A stretch of DNA of 64,000 nt from Bryobacteraceae bacterium (GCA_049508735.1 JBELAO010000025.1:8-64007); one strand, 5' to 3'; counted from the stretch's first letter, positions 17,791 to 26,526 are shown. The notes: a model not told the origin generated them from the sequence alone. Translations and numbers: made by a program.

Positions 17791-17926
17791 GACCGCTCCC
17801 TATGGTCGCGGCTCCGTGGAATGGTCGCGGCTCCGTGGCGCGGCTTGCCCGTGCACCATCCGGGGCCGTCCGGCCTGCGGAGCCGAGAGTGCTCTCGACG
17901 CGGCACGCACGAGTGCGTGCGCCACG
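17791..17926 (+). repeat. Composite repeat cluster: B-B-A-C modules
   Basis: Order of modules: gaccgctccct, then atggtcgcggctccgtgg twice (17802-17819 and 17821-17838), then the family A core, then cgagagtgctctcg and gcacgcacgagtgcgtgc hairpins, then gccac. Confidence 0.85.
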
Positions 17927-17931
17927 TTACT

Positions 17932-18684
17932 TCAGGCTTTTTCCAAAATCAGAAGCGTCCGGGTGCTGGCCAGGCGGCCGAGCGGGCCGGCGATGCGTTC
18001 GCAGCGCTCCGCCATGCGGATGATACCTCCGGGAACGCTGCGCTGCCGTTTGAAACCCAACGTTGCCAGGTAGGCGAGACCCAAGAATGGTTGGCAACGG
18101 ACCAGCTTGAGACCCGCGGCAGGATGGGCGCGCAGGCTCCGCACCAATCGGAATGGGATGGCCGCGTTGCCGTCAAACGCCTGCTTGCCGGTGGAGCGGA
18201 ATGGCTCGGCGATATCGATCGAGAGCACGCAATCCTCGTGGTGGAAGTAGCGGTAGAGAATATACGAGGGCGGAGTGATCCACGGTTCGATCGCCAGCAG
18301 GCGGCCGCCGGGTTTGAGGATTCGCGACACTTCGGAGAGAAAATCGAGCGGCTTAGGCAGATGATGGATGACATCCAGCATCACCACCGCGCCGGCGCTC
18401 GCCGCGCGAAACGGCATGCGGCAACCGTCGCAGACCACATCCACCCAGGGCGTGAAGATGACGTCGGTGGAAATCGACTCGGCGCAATATTCGCGAAAGA
18501 AGCCCGGGCCGGCGCCGAGTTCCACGATCGGCCGCCGTCCGCCGGATGCTTCCAGCAGCGTGTCAAAGAAGCTGTGATAGACGGCTCGCAACTCCGGACG
18601 AAGCGCCCAGATTTCCCGGTGCTGCCGGACATAATCGAGATCGGACGTAGCTCGTTGCGTCACATAGCGATTATACGGACACAA
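17932..18684 (-). CDS. Class I SAM-dependent methyltransferase
   Basis: Motif I VELGAGPGFF. Post-I/II region CDGCRMPFRAASAGAVVMLDVIHHL…LKPGGRLLAIEP. The overlapping plus-strand ORF 17821..18759 is not protein-like. Confidence 0.85.
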   Translation of the reverse strand: MCPYNRYVTQRATSDLDYVRQHREIWALRPELRAVYHSFFDTLLEASGGRRPIVELGAGPGFFREYCAESISTDVIFTPWVDVVCDGCRMPFRAASAGAVVMLDVIHHLPKPLDFLSEVSRILKPGGRLLAIEPWITPPSYILYRYFHHEDCVLSIDIAEPFRSTGKQAFDGNAAIPFRLVRSLRAHPAAGLKLVRCQPFLGLAYLATLGFKRQRSVPGGIIRMAERCERIAGPLGRLASTRTLLILEKA

Positions 18685-18891
18685 ACGGGCAAGCTAAAAG
18701 CGCGCCCAACCTGGGGCGAAGGCTGCGCCGGGCTGCAAGAAGGATCTTTGAACGAGTGAGTTCCCCGCGATCGAGACGCCACTATCGACGGCGACATAGC
18801 CTTTCAACCCAGCGCCGGTCACGCGCCGGCCGCCATCTCAAGGGACCGGCAGTGATACCCGTCCGAATCGATAACAAGCGCTTGATAACCA

Positions 18892-19875
18892 ATGGCGGAC
18901 ATTTCGCGCGCACCCAGAAATTCCAGTCCTAATATGCTCAAGCCGGTCATGGTATTACCGGCCATTGTCCGGCGGAAAGTTATGGACCACTATTTGAATA
19001 GACGCAGGCTTCAATCGCTCAGAGAGGCACAAATGCAAAATGCAGAGATGTCGGAACCGGAGATCTCGATGGACGACAGCGATCTCGCATCGGGGGTCGA
19101 CAAACGCGAAAGGAGCCTCCGCGTGGATCATTCGGGGTCGGCTGCCCCTGGTAACGAAATGGCACTCCAGCGCCTTGATCCGATCAGGCCGGGAACCGAG
19201 GTACTGATCGAATCGCGGGACGGATCCAGCTCGGAGAAGTACTTCGTCCGGCGTAGCAGCCGAAAGGGCGCGATCCAAAGTCTCAGGCTCGTGCGCGGTC
19301 CGTCGATGGAGGGCGAAACCGAACCTGAGGCGGAAGAGCCCAACTACTACGACATTCTGCAGATTGGCGCGGAGGCCGAGGCCGAAACAATCTACCGCGT
19401 CTACCGGATCATGGCCGCCCGTTTCCACCCGGACAATCCGAAGACGGGTGACGTCGAAAAATTCCTGCTTCTGAAGAAGGCCTATGAAGTATTGTCCGAC
19501 CCGGATCAGCGCCGGGAGTATGATACCCGTCGCCAAAAGCAGGAAGCGGAGCCGCTACCGGTTTTCGAGTTGAAAGACTTCGTAACGGGCATTGAGGCTG
19601 AGGCGAACCGGCGTTTGGGAGTGCTGTCCTTGCTGTACAACCAGCGGCGTCAGGATCCGGATCACCCGGCAGTTTCGCTGCTGCTTCTGGAACAGCGCAT
19701 GGCGTTCCCGCGCGAATACTTGAACTTCACGATGTGGTACCTGCGCGCGAAGGGCTTGGTGACGGCGGCCGACAACGCGGATTACGTGATTACGGCCTCG
19801 GGGACCGACTTCGTGGAAGCGAACATTAGCAGAAGCGAGGCTCTGGCACAACTGCTCTTTCCCGGCCGTACATGA
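18892..19875 (+). CDS. J-domain (DnaJ-like) protein with a conserved N-terminal module and a winged-helix-like C-terminal module, paralog 1
   Basis: NYYDILQIGAEAEAETIYRVYRIMAARFHPDNPKTGD…AYEVLSDPDQRREYD with an HPD motif. The start is uncertain: the first ~90 codons are lower GC and not shared with paralog 2. Confidence 0.8.
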   Translation: MADISRAPRNSSPNMLKPVMVLPAIVRRKVMDHYLNRRRLQSLREAQMQNAEMSEPEISMDDSDLASGVDKRERSLRVDHSGSAAPGNEMALQRLDPIRPGTEVLIESRDGSSSEKYFVRRSSRKGAIQSLRLVRGPSMEGETEPEAEEPNYYDILQIGAEAEAETIYRVYRIMAARFHPDNPKTGDVEKFLLLKKAYEVLSDPDQRREYDTRRQKQEAEPLPVFELKDFVTGIEAEANRRLGVLSLLYNQRRQDPDHPAVSLLLLEQRMAFPREYLNFTMWYLRAKGLVTAADNADYVITASGTDFVEANISRSEALAQLLFPGRT

Positions 19876-20152
19876 CTGACCGCGGCCACTGGCGGCCTGC
19901 GGTTGCGGGAACTCAGTAGCCGCTGAGACACGCTGGCTTTCTCCCCACTCTTCGAACCGTAGCCGAGCTTGCACTGAGGTTATCTGCGCTTCAAAAACGG
20001 TTTTCGATAACACATACTTTCCGGTCTCGTTGGCTGGAAAAGTAGTCATAGTACCATCCGGCTATTGCCACGGCGCGGCGTCCAGGCATACTATGTTTGC
20101 CAGAACCGCCGCGGTGGCGCCACTTACTGGGTAATAAGATAGGAAAAATAGC

Positions 20153-20983
20153 GTGCCGTTGGAAACAGAAAACTCAAGGGACGCTGACTGTGTCCAGTCA
20201 GCGATAGAGATGCGCGAAACCGGCCTCTCGACCGAGGACATGGAAGCGGCTGCCCCGATCCACGGAATGGCTCTCCAGCGCCTCGATCTGATCAGGCCCG
20301 GTAGCGTCGTGATGATCGAATCGGGCGATGGATCCCCCTCCGAGAAATACTTCGTCCGGCACAGCAGCCGAAACGGGGCGACCCACAGCCTCCGGCTCGT
20401 GCGCGGCCCATCGGCGGAAGACGCGGCCGAACCCGAAGCTTATGAACTCGACTACTACGACGTTCTGCAGATTGGCCCAGAGGCCGAGACCGAGACGGTC
20501 CATCGCGTCTACCGCATCATGGCTGCTCGTTTTCATCCGGACAATCCGAAGACGGGCGATGTCGAAAAATTCCTCCTTCTCAAGCAGGCCTACGAGGTGC
20601 TGTCCGACCCCGATCGCCGCGGCGAGTACGATGCGCGCCGCAGGAGGCGGGACACCGAGCCGCTGCCGATTTTCGAGCTGAAGGACTTCGTGACCGGCGT
20701 GGAGGCCGAAGCGAACCGGCGTCTGGGGGTGCTGTCCTTGCTATACAACCAGAGGCGCCAGGATCCGGACCATCCGGCAATATCGTTGCTTCATCTGGAA
20801 CTGCGCATGGCGTTCCCGCGCGAGTACTTGTGCTTCACGACTTGGTTTCTGCGCGCGAAGGGTCTCGTGACGGCGGCCGATAACCAGGATTACGTGATTA
20901 CAGCCGAAGGCGCCGAATTCGTGGAAGAGAATGTCGCCAAGAGCGAGATCCTGGGCCAACTCCTCTTTCCCCGCCGCGCATAG
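20153..20983 (+). CDS. J-domain protein, paralog 2 of the preceding gene
   Basis: The last 238 aa are collinear with paralog 1 without gaps (MALQRLD.IRPG … FHPDNPKTGDVEKFLLLK … LGVLSLLYNQRRQDPDHPA … LRAKGLVTAADN). Confidence 0.85.
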   Translation: MPLETENSRDADCVQSAIEMRETGLSTEDMEAAAPIHGMALQRLDLIRPGSVVMIESGDGSPSEKYFVRHSSRNGATHSLRLVRGPSAEDAAEPEAYELDYYDVLQIGPEAETETVHRVYRIMAARFHPDNPKTGDVEKFLLLKQAYEVLSDPDRRGEYDARRRRRDTEPLPIFELKDFVTGVEAEANRRLGVLSLLYNQRRQDPDHPAISLLHLELRMAFPREYLCFTTWFLRAKGLVTAADNQDYVITAEGAEFVEENVAKSEILGQLLFPRRA

Positions 20984-20992
20984 CCGGGCTCG

Positions 20993-22843
20993 TTATGGGG
21001 CGGCCACGGTAAGGAACGCATTGAGCTGCGTTTCGGCGTCGGCCAGCAGGGCTGTGATCAGGTGATCTCCGGACGCTAAGCCGGCCGGCACAACCACGTT
21101 GATCTGATAGAGACCTGGACCTACCAGACCGGCAAAGGTGACCTGGGCTTCCACGGCGTCGATCAGCACGGTTGGCCAAACAGGCAGCGGCAGCGGGGTG
21201 GGGACGATCTGCCCATTCGGAATCGCCGGGGTGGTGGCGCCAAAGCCGGTTGCGTAGATCGCGATGGTCTCGCCGGGCGCGGCCGGGGTGGTGGTAGTCC
21301 CGCTGATCAGGCCGGCGGGGCCGATCAAGGAATAGTCCGCGTGTTCCGCTGCGACGTAAAGATGACCGTTAGTCGCATTAGCGCCGATCTCGAAGAACGC
21401 AGGCGCGGTGAGCAGAGCCGTGGTCGACACCGCGGCGCCGCTAAGTCCGTTGTTAGTGGTCACTATCTTAACCGGGCCGGGGACGATGTCGGCGGGGACC
21501 AGGAAATTGATCTGCGTATTACTAACAAAACTCACCGGAGCGGCTTCGCCGTTTACGGTCACTCCCACACCGCCCACCGTGGTGGGGAGCGTGTTGCCGG
21601 TAAGCGTCCAATTGGCGGGCAGCGGAGCCAAGGCCGCGCCCTTCAGCGCCACCCAGGTGTTGGGGGCGATATCCGAGGCCAGGAAGCTTCCCGCGTTCTG
21701 AATGCCGGTAACCGAAAAGGACGGAACCGGCTGAATACTGCCCAGCAAGCCATGTGACTGTACGGGATCGTTGTTGGGACCTCCTCCAATGCCCGCCGTG
21801 AAGTACAGTGTCCCCGTGTCTTCGCTATCGGCGCCACTGCCGAAAGCCAGGCTCCACAGCCCGGGGTAAGATATCGGCGCGCCGGTAGGATCTTCTAAAT
21901 AGCCGAGCGGGTCACCGCTGATTAAGTTGAAGGCGTTGATCCAGCCATCGCCAAAATTGCCAACCAACAGCGCGCCACCGAACGGAGCGAAGGTGGAGGG
22001 AGCCACCGCCAGCCCCCAGGGCGCATTCAACGCCCCGCCGGCGATCAGAGTAGCCACCAGCTTGCCAGTCTGATCGAAGAGCGCGACGTAGCCATTCCCT
22101 GCCCCAGGCACGGAGACCTTCTGCGTGGTGTCCTGCTTGGCGTAAGCCACGTACACGTTGCCGCCGATGATAGCCACATTATACGGAGCGTAACCCGCGG
22201 GGATGGCTGAGTCGACGAAGGCGCCGGTGTTCTTGACGGGCGTCAGAGTGCCACTGAAGACATCCACGGTCCCGGCGTGAAAGTTGGCGGCAAATAGGAG
22301 GGGAGCGCCGGTTACTCCGCCCAATGCGCAACCTGTGTAGACCGCGCCCGACGCGGAGTTATCGAACAGCACCTCGGCTTCAGTAGTACTTACGCTGGAA
22401 TTCCAGCCGGTGATGAGGCCGTCCAGGGAACAGAACAGGAACGAGGCCGGCTTACCCGCGGCCACGGCGAATTCCGATGTATTGGACGAAAACGTATTGA
22501 AGATCACTCCGGTAACCGGTCCGCCGGTTTTCGCGCCGCCGGCCGCCGGTATGTCGACGATCAACGACTTCGCCGCGCCGGTCCCGTCATAGAGCGTGGA
22601 AGTGCCGGTACCGTTGTTACCGATCCAGAAGGGACTCTGCCCGAAGCCGTTGCCCCAGGGATTCACGAGATTGGGATCCTGGTGATCGGCGACGCCCGCT
22701 AAGTCGGAAACAAACTTGTGCACCAGAAAAGTGTTCGGAGCAGTCTGCGCCATTGCCGACGCACTGAGCGCGGCGGCGACAACCCCTAATCGGTAAGCGG
22801 TGCGCGAGATACGCACTAAGTCAAGCATTCCGTCATGGTTCAT
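20993..22843 (-). CDS. Secreted beta-propeller-like protein (TIGR03118-like) with two C-terminal Ig-like TIGR03437-type (Solibacter C-terminal) repeats
   Basis: N-terminal signal peptide. LVNPWGNGFGQSPFWIGNNGTGTSTLYDGTG matches the TIGR03118 pattern from memory. The C-terminus has GIQNAGSF…VTVNGEAAPVSFVSNTQINFLVP… and …GETIAIYATGFG…QVTFAGLVGPGLYQINVVVP. Confidence 0.8.
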   Translation of the reverse strand: MNHDGMLDLVRISRTAYRLGVVAAALSASAMAQTAPNTFLVHKFVSDLAGVADHQDPNLVNPWGNGFGQSPFWIGNNGTGTSTLYDGTGAAKSLIVDIPAAGGAKTGGPVTGVIFNTFSSNTSEFAVAAGKPASFLFCSLDGLITGWNSSVSTTEAEVLFDNSASGAVYTGCALGGVTGAPLLFAANFHAGTVDVFSGTLTPVKNTGAFVDSAIPAGYAPYNVAIIGGNVYVAYAKQDTTQKVSVPGAGNGYVALFDQTGKLVATLIAGGALNAPWGLAVAPSTFAPFGGALLVGNFGDGWINAFNLISGDPLGYLEDPTGAPISYPGLWSLAFGSGADSEDTGTLYFTAGIGGGPNNDPVQSHGLLGSIQPVPSFSVTGIQNAGSFLASDIAPNTWVALKGAALAPLPANWTLTGNTLPTTVGGVGVTVNGEAAPVSFVSNTQINFLVPADIVPGPVKIVTTNNGLSGAAVSTTALLTAPAFFEIGANATNGHLYVAAEHADYSLIGPAGLISGTTTTPAAPGETIAIYATGFGATTPAIPNGQIVPTPLPLPVWPTVLIDAVEAQVTFAGLVGPGLYQINVVVPAGLASGDHLITALLADAETQLNAFLTVAAP

Positions 22844-23035
22844 AGCAGCAGTGTACAGTGAGAAGCTGTGTGATGGACGTAAACTCGACGTAACACGAGC
22901 ACTTAGTCGGTGACAAAGGATACGTTGGGCGCTTCACACGGGGGCACTCACTCCGCCGCTAAAACTCGAAGAGCCCGGCGCGGCGCCACTCGGATGGCAC
23001 CGTAACCGGGCTCTCTTACTGCCTGGTAATGACCC

Positions 23036-24799
23036 CTACTGGACGTCGCTGACTTTGCCGTTATTGAAAGTCACCTTCATGTCTTTGTAGACATAGATTT
23101 TCTTAGCGCCCAGGTTGACGATCTTCAAAGGAGTTCCCAGCGCCGCGGTAACTTGATCGATGGTCTGCCCGACATCGACGCTAACCGGCTCAGCGGCCGG
23201 CGCGGGAGCGGCATTGGGTCCCGGGCCGCCGCCTGCCGTGTCGGCGGTAGCTTCCTTCTCGGCCTGATCGGCTGCTTGCGATTGCTGATTGATCTCGGCG
23301 GCGACTTCGCTGTCCGGTGGAGGAGGCGGCGCAAGGGCGGCCATGGGGCTCTCGACCGGAGCGGCCTTGGCGGCCGCCGGGGCAGCCGGCAATCCACCTT
23401 GCCCCTGCTTCTTTTGCAGTTCCTGCATGCCCGCATCGATGGTCTCGCGCATGTGGTTCTGCATGTCCTGCAGATCCTGGAGCGCCACGGAAACGACGTC
23501 GCCCTTCGGGCATTCCTTACCGCCCTTGCTGGCCAGTACGGCGAGGTTGGCGGCCTGCGCGTCCGGCGCGACCGAGCCGCGGAGTTGGATGGCGTCGCCT
23601 TCGCTGAGGGCGCACTCGTTGCCCCCGGCGTCGGTTACGTCGAGATCGGTGCCGGCTACGAAGACATGCGCCTTGCCATCGGTGAGCAGGCGCTGAATGC
23701 TGCTGGAGGCGGCGTCCGGCTCGGTGTCCGGTTTGGCGGCGGCGGCCTCGGTGTTCTCGAGGGCAATCTGCTGTTTCACTTCATCGGAGATGAGTTGCTT
23801 CACGTCAGGCGTAAGTGGCGCGGGGTTGGCCATGGCCGCGGCGTTGGCCACATACGCCGCCTGCAGCGACTGCGCGACGAGATAGTCCGTCAGCCAGAAC
23901 GCCGGACCGGCATAGACCGGATAAGGCGTGAAATACGCGCCATAGTATCCGTACCAGGGATTGCCGGCCCAGCCCCAGCCATAAGCAACCGGATTGACCC
24001 ACGGATTGTAGGCCCATCCGTAGAAAGCCGCTCCGTAATAGTAGCTCGGGTAGTACGGGTTCATGTACATGCCATGATAATAGTAGCGTCCATAATAGGC
24101 ATGATAGTAGCGGCCGTCATGATAATACGAGCGCCGGGCATACTCGTGACCGTGATACATATAAGGATGCTGCACATAGCCGCGGCCGCCGCGGCCGACG
24201 AAGACGCGGGAATGATCTCCACGCTCGACCATTACGTGCCGGCTTCCATTGAGACCGTGGTGAACGTCCATGCCGCGCCGGTTGTCATGGAACCCGGCGA
24301 CGTGTCCGTCCGCACGCCTGGTAACGGCGCCATTCCTGGTCTGCATGGTGGTGTGGCCGCGCGGGGCCGGACCGCCATGTCCGCCCGCGGGCCCGCCGTG
24401 GGCCGAGGCGGCGTTGCCGTGTGCGCCAGCCCCGCCGGGCGCGCCGTGCGAAGCGCCGGCCCCTCCAGCGGCGCCGGTGTGACCGGTGGACGTACCTGTT
24501 GCGCCGTGCGTGCCGGCCGTGGAACCGGTGGAGTGTGATGCGCCGCCGGTTGTAGTAGCCGAATGACCGGTGGACGTGGTAGTCGGGCCATGCGATGCCG
24601 TCGACGCGCCGGTGCTGTGGGACGCGCCGGCGCCTCCACTGGCCGGCTTAGCCGCGGCAGCGGGCTTGGCAGCAGCAGGTTTGGCCGCGGCCGGTTTGGC
24701 TTTGTCGGCGCAAAGCGCGGGATAGGCGAACAACAACATCGCCAACGACGCGGTCAGGCATCCGGCGGAAAACGGGGTTCGAACTCCGTGCATACTCAT
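23036..24799 (-). CDS. Secreted low-complexity protein: PAAAK repeats, a His/Gly/Thr-rich tract, a Tyr/Trp/Gly-rich (YxWGxW-like) tract, and a C-terminal BamE/SmpA-like ~50-aa module
   Basis: Signal peptide, then KPAAAKPAAAKPAAAAKP. This is followed by SHSTGASTASHGPTTTSTGHSATTTGG…, then YYHDGRYYHAYYGRYYYHGMYMNPYYPSYYYGAAFYGWAYNPWVNPVAYGWGWAGNPWYGYYGAYF. It ends GQTIDQVTAALGTPLKIVNLGAKKIYVYKDMKVTFNNGKVSDVQ. Confidence 0.8.
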   Translation of the reverse strand: MSMHGVRTPFSAGCLTASLAMLLFAYPALCADKAKPAAAKPAAAKPAAAAKPASGGAGASHSTGASTASHGPTTTSTGHSATTTGGASHSTGSTAGTHGATGTSTGHTGAAGGAGASHGAPGGAGAHGNAASAHGGPAGGHGGPAPRGHTTMQTRNGAVTRRADGHVAGFHDNRRGMDVHHGLNGSRHVMVERGDHSRVFVGRGGRGYVQHPYMYHGHEYARRSYYHDGRYYHAYYGRYYYHGMYMNPYYPSYYYGAAFYGWAYNPWVNPVAYGWGWAGNPWYGYYGAYFTPYPVYAGPAFWLTDYLVAQSLQAAYVANAAAMANPAPLTPDVKQLISDEVKQQIALENTEAAAAKPDTEPDAASSSIQRLLTDGKAHVFVAGTDLDVTDAGGNECALSEGDAIQLRGSVAPDAQAANLAVLASKGGKECPKGDVVSVALQDLQDMQNHMRETIDAGMQELQKKQGQGGLPAAPAAAKAAPVESPMAALAPPPPPDSEVAAEINQQSQAADQAEKEATADTAGGGPGPNAAPAPAAEPVSVDVGQTIDQVTAALGTPLKIVNLGAKKIYVYKDMKVTFNNGKVSDVQ

Positions 24800-24845
24800 T
24801 TGACGATCTCCTCAGTCGGCTCTTTCGAGCCTGCTCCCTTACGGG

Positions 24846-25760
24846 CTACTGCACGTCTGTCACTTTTCCGTTGACGAACGTGACTTTCAAATCCTTGTAA
24901 TAGTAAATATCCTTGCTTCCGACCTTGGCCTTTTTCACGGGCTGGCCCAAAGCCGCTACAACTTGATCGATGGTTTGTCCTTCCGAGACCGACACCGGGT
25001 CGGCCGGCGGCGGAGGCGGAGCTTCAATCGGCGGAGGCGGAGCCTCGACCGGGGCCGGAGCGGCAGGGGCTGCCGCGGGCTGGCTCGGCGCTTCCTGCTG
25101 CCCGCCCTGGGGCGCCGCCTGTCCCTTGTCGCCGCCCTTGTCGTCACCAGCCTTGTCCTTGTCATCGGCGGGGGCAACTTTGATAACTTCGGCGACGGCC
25201 TTCAGGGCTTCTTCGGGCGACGGTGTGATGGCTCCGAACGGAATCAATAGCGAAGTCGCATAGCGCGCGTCGTTAATCGCGTCGGTGAAGAAGCCGAGAA
25301 CGATGCCCGGATCCTTGCCTTCCCTGACTTCGATCTTAGTTACCCAGAACTTCTCTCCGGCTACGAAGGTCCTGCTCGCCGGTGAATCCGGGACGCTGCT
25401 CGCGCCGGGGATCATGCTCGTAAACCTGGAGAACTTTTTCACTTTTTCGTTGGTCCTGCAGGCTGCGCTTTGCGTGACCTTGCCGTCCTTGTAAGTATTC
25501 CGGCACGGGTTGGTGCTGGAGGCCACCAACATCAGCACATTGTCTTTCTGAAGGACCACCACCGAGCCCGCCGTCACAATATCCGACTTGTCAGCGGTCG
25601 TCTTGGTGAGCTGATATTCGCCCTCCAGCTTTTTCTGGATGGCGGCGACTCCCTGTTCGTCGGCGTGGGCCGCCCCAACACACTGGAGTAGGAATACCGT
25701 CGTGCAAAGAGCTGCGTGCGCTCGATAAGAGCGTGCGGTTTTCGAGTTAGTGCCTGGCAT
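24846..25760 (-). CDS. Secreted hypothetical protein sharing the C-terminal ~50-aa module with the downstream gene
   Basis: Start moved to the ATG at 25760 (MPGTNSKTARSYRAHAALCTTVFLLQCVGAAHA), preceded by GGGGAG. The C-terminus is GQTIDQVVAALGQPVKKAKVGSKDIYYYKDLKVTFVNGKVTDVQ. Confidence 0.8.
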   Translation of the reverse strand: MPGTNSKTARSYRAHAALCTTVFLLQCVGAAHADEQGVAAIQKKLEGEYQLTKTTADKSDIVTAGSVVVLQKDNVLMLVASSTNPCRNTYKDGKVTQSAACRTNEKVKKFSRFTSMIPGASSVPDSPASRTFVAGEKFWVTKIEVREGKDPGIVLGFFTDAINDARYATSLLIPFGAITPSPEEALKAVAEVIKVAPADDKDKAGDDKGGDKGQAAPQGGQQEAPSQPAAAPAAPAPVEAPPPPIEAPPPPPADPVSVSEGQTIDQVVAALGQPVKKAKVGSKDIYYYKDLKVTFVNGKVTDVQ

Positions 25761-25961
25761 CTTCAGTTTCTCCCCAAATGCAGGGCGCGTTTCCATATCC
25801 TCTAACGCACCGAATGTTCCCAATGTAGTGCATCTCGCACCGTGAGAGTTTCATGGGAGGCAGCTTCGGAGTGATGGGTGACCCAAATGGACTTGTCGGC
25901 GGAACAGAATAGTGTTGACCATCGGATTCGTCACGCCCCCCGCCGATTCCGCTTCGAAGCG

Positions 25962-25990
25962 ATGGTATCGGAGCCTCGATAGATTGTCAA
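25962..25990 (-). promoter_or_regulatory. Candidate sigma-70 type promoter (TTGACA-17 nt-TACCAT) for the 24846..25760 gene
   Basis: On the minus strand, TTGACA (25990-25985) is followed by a 17-nt spacer and TACCAT (25967-25962). This implies a leader of about 195 nt. Confidence 0.4.
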
Positions 25991-26204
25991 GCTGCCGGGC
26001 AGCATCGTCAAAGCGGGTTCCTTTCTGCCACCGGCGCCGGTAGGGCACGGAGGCTGCCAAAGAGCAACCGTAATTATTTCCTATACTTACAGGCATCCTA
26101 TGCGGCCCGGGAGTGGCCGAAAACCACCAGCGCGGCTGCGTTGGAGCAGGTTTCATCCGCCTCTGGATCGTGAGCGGCGAGTTTGCTCCTAAAAAAAGAA
26201 GGCT

Positions 26205-26236
26205 CAAAAAAGAAATGCTCACCCCGAAGGGTGAGC
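26205..26236 (-). terminator. Rho-independent terminator
   Basis: Minus strand reads GCTCACCC-TTCG-GGGTGAGC, a perfect 8-bp stem with a UUCG loop, immediately followed by ATTTCTTTTTT. Confidence 0.8.
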
Positions 26237-26526
26237 ATTTGTATCCCCCCTGTTCTACCAGGGGGTGATGTTCGATGGGAGAATCAGTTTCGACGGAATC
26301 GCAATCCGCCAAAAACTTTGGTAGTTGGATCTTATTTCCTCCCGGCCTCTGAGTCAAGCGGAAATCCGGGGCGTTTTTTGGAGCCGTAAGCTGCTCGTAT
26401 GCCCCAACTTGCAGCAACGCACGAAATATTACAACGGTAGCGCAAGGGTGGAAAAGGCCTCGAAAAAGGCTGAGGATTTCTCTCCAAGGCACACATATTA
26501 GGTACTTTACAAAAAAGTCAGGCAGC

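Noticed and set aside
19555-20049. 164-aa minus-strand ORF spanning the gap between the J-domain paralogs.
   Set aside because: It is mostly antisense to the 3' end of paralog 1, with no motifs or start context.
24770-24795. ggggttcgaactccg looks like a tRNA T-arm.
   Set aside because: The flanking stems are not complementary, and there is no acceptor or anticodon arm. It lies inside the start of the 23036..24799 CDS.
26263-26310. gggggtgatgttcgatgggagaatcagtttcgacgg resembles the 5' end of tmRNA (GGGG.UGA…GGUUUCGACGG).
   Set aside because: There is no tRNA-like 3' end (T-arm plus CCA) within 300-400 nt. A full-length tmRNA would run into the 26527..27489 CDS. The motif is also interrupted.
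25851-26492. 213-aa minus-strand ORF in the lower-GC gap.
   Set aside because: The sequence is not protein-like, has no RBS or start context, reads straight through a strong intrinsic terminator and spans a promoter. I treated it as non-coding.
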